DNA of 63,875 nucleotides, the filler included, from Blastocystis sp. subtype 4 (Eukaryota), in assembly GCF_000743755.1 (NCBI RefSeq). It is 51 parts of 51 records of this genome, joined end to end, with 100 filler letters (N's around TTAATTAATTAA, not from the genome) between each part and the next. Parts side by side here need not be neighbours in the genome. Positions count along the whole stretch, not along the records: positions 62,704 to 63,875 come from NW_014568452.1; 50 more parts are not named here. The stretch is one strand, 5' to 3'. Positions 62,704 to 63,875 of the stretch are shown here, piece by piece. The first letter of the stretch is position 1. Every line of letters starts with the position of its first letter. The translations under genes were made by a program, and so were the position numbers. The notes beneath the pieces were generated by a model. The model ran no database searches and had not been told where the DNA came from. It was given only the letters and a program-made list of their open reading frames with translations.

Positions 62704-63400
62704 TCAAGCATTCGTAGTCTCTTACATTCATATCCTCTAATGTAATTGTTGTGAATCATTATGAGTGAAGGAGATACTTCATCCCATGAATACTGATGAG
62801 AACGAAAGAAGATACCACCATTCATGAATAATGAATTGGGTAATAGAACTGGAGTCAGATTGAATGCCTTGTATGACTCTATCATTCCATGTTGATCTCC
62901 TTTCTTTGTCATGTTAACAACTTGAAGAGAATGATCAAGGAGATCAATAGAGAGAGGAGTAGGTTTAATGAAGAAGAAACCAGTACAGATTGAACCATCT
63001 TGTTGGAAGATGATTGAAGTAGTATTGATTGAATGTAGATAATGAAATGGATTCTGGAATAGAATGATATCAGAATCTGAATAGAGAACAAAGTCAATAG
63101 ATATCGAACAACAGTGAACTTGAATGAAGCAACAACACTGAATTGTTTGGATCCTTGAGTAATGAAATCTAATGGTTTATCATAACCAAATTGATTATAA
63201 AGTGCCACTGGAATCTGATGAGAATGGAAGAACTAATTGAGAATGAAGATTCAATGACTACTTGATATGAGATAACATCATGAACAACAACAAAGAAGTA
63301 TAAGAATCATTCTAGAATCATATGTTTGAATTCTGTATATTACTCCCTCTAATGATAGACCAGTTGATCATAACATTTGATTGATATCAAAGTATTATCC
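62704..63400 (-). pseudogene. Nucleotide-diphospho-sugar transferase (GT77-like), frameshifted
   Basis: LYSDSDIILFQNPF (DxD), GDQ, LLPNSLFMNG, MIHNNY..K..R motifs across frames. Confidence 0.6.
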
Positions 63401-63704
63401 ATTTCCATATGAATGTGAATTTGTCTTCTCTTTCTCATTGTCATTCTATCAGTTATCACAGATTCATTGTAACAGTAGAAATGGATAGAATCAACAGAAA
63501 TGATTGAAAGAAATGAATAGATAGTTGATGAGATTCTATTGACAATAGAATAAGAGAAGAATGATACTAAGTGTTGAAGATGAAAGAAATGATAGTATGA
63601 GATGGATTATTGGTTTATCAGAATGAAATCAAGAACTGAATATCGATATTGGAATGAATTCAATCAATATGAACACTGGTTGATTGATAATGATCTATTG
63701 AATT

Positions 63705-63875
63705 CAAGCATTGATAGATAATCATCGAAACTGTAGTTTCCATTTGGTATAACCACATTGCTAATTACACTATCACCATCACTCACTACTACCTTGTTAT
63801 TCGTATCATTGACTGGATATTGTTTGACAATGTTAATACCACCCATTTGATCATCTTCGATTCCTAGAATGTTCT
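63705..63875 (-). CDS. Possible Polinton/NCLDV-type minor capsid (penton)-like fragment
   Basis: NNKVVV..V.IPNGNYSFDDYL resembles the IPxGxY motif of single jelly-roll minor capsids; short match only. Confidence 0.3.

Overview
This window is not contiguous genome. It is about 50 unrelated contigs of mostly 1-2 kb joined by an artificial 100-nt spacer (N44-TTAATTAATTAA-N44), so gene order across spacers means nothing. The source is an AT-rich microbial eukaryote with ~30-nt GT-AG introns and a TGTTTGTT element 4 nt downstream of predicted poly(A) sites, which in at least two genes would create the stop codon. These are hallmarks of Blastocystis (inferred from sequence features, not from a search). 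Housekeeping pieces: Snf7-like, fibrillarin, mitochondrial carrier, RPE, EDR2-C/DUF1336, PCCB tail, RPS4, legumain, MFS transporter, glycosyltransferases and two 5S rRNA copies. About half the contigs are paralogous pieces of two large variable families. (1) Giant Ig-like (He_PIG-type)/beta-sandwich surface proteins with near-identical frameworks and short hypervariable, mosaic, Tyr/Ser/Trp/Gly-rich windows. (2) LRR proteins with one repeat per phase-1 exon, near-invariant introns and hypervariable loops. One family copy shows almost purely strand-specific C-to-G hypermutation. There are also fragments of a probable endogenous Polinton/Maverick-type virus (protein-primed PolB, possible penton), iteron/inverted-repeat-rich contigs, and a recurrent GC-hairpin element terminus, one copy of which sits in an LRR-family intron. 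The best candidate for an undescribed system is a recombining, possibly hypermutated, variable surface-receptor repertoire.
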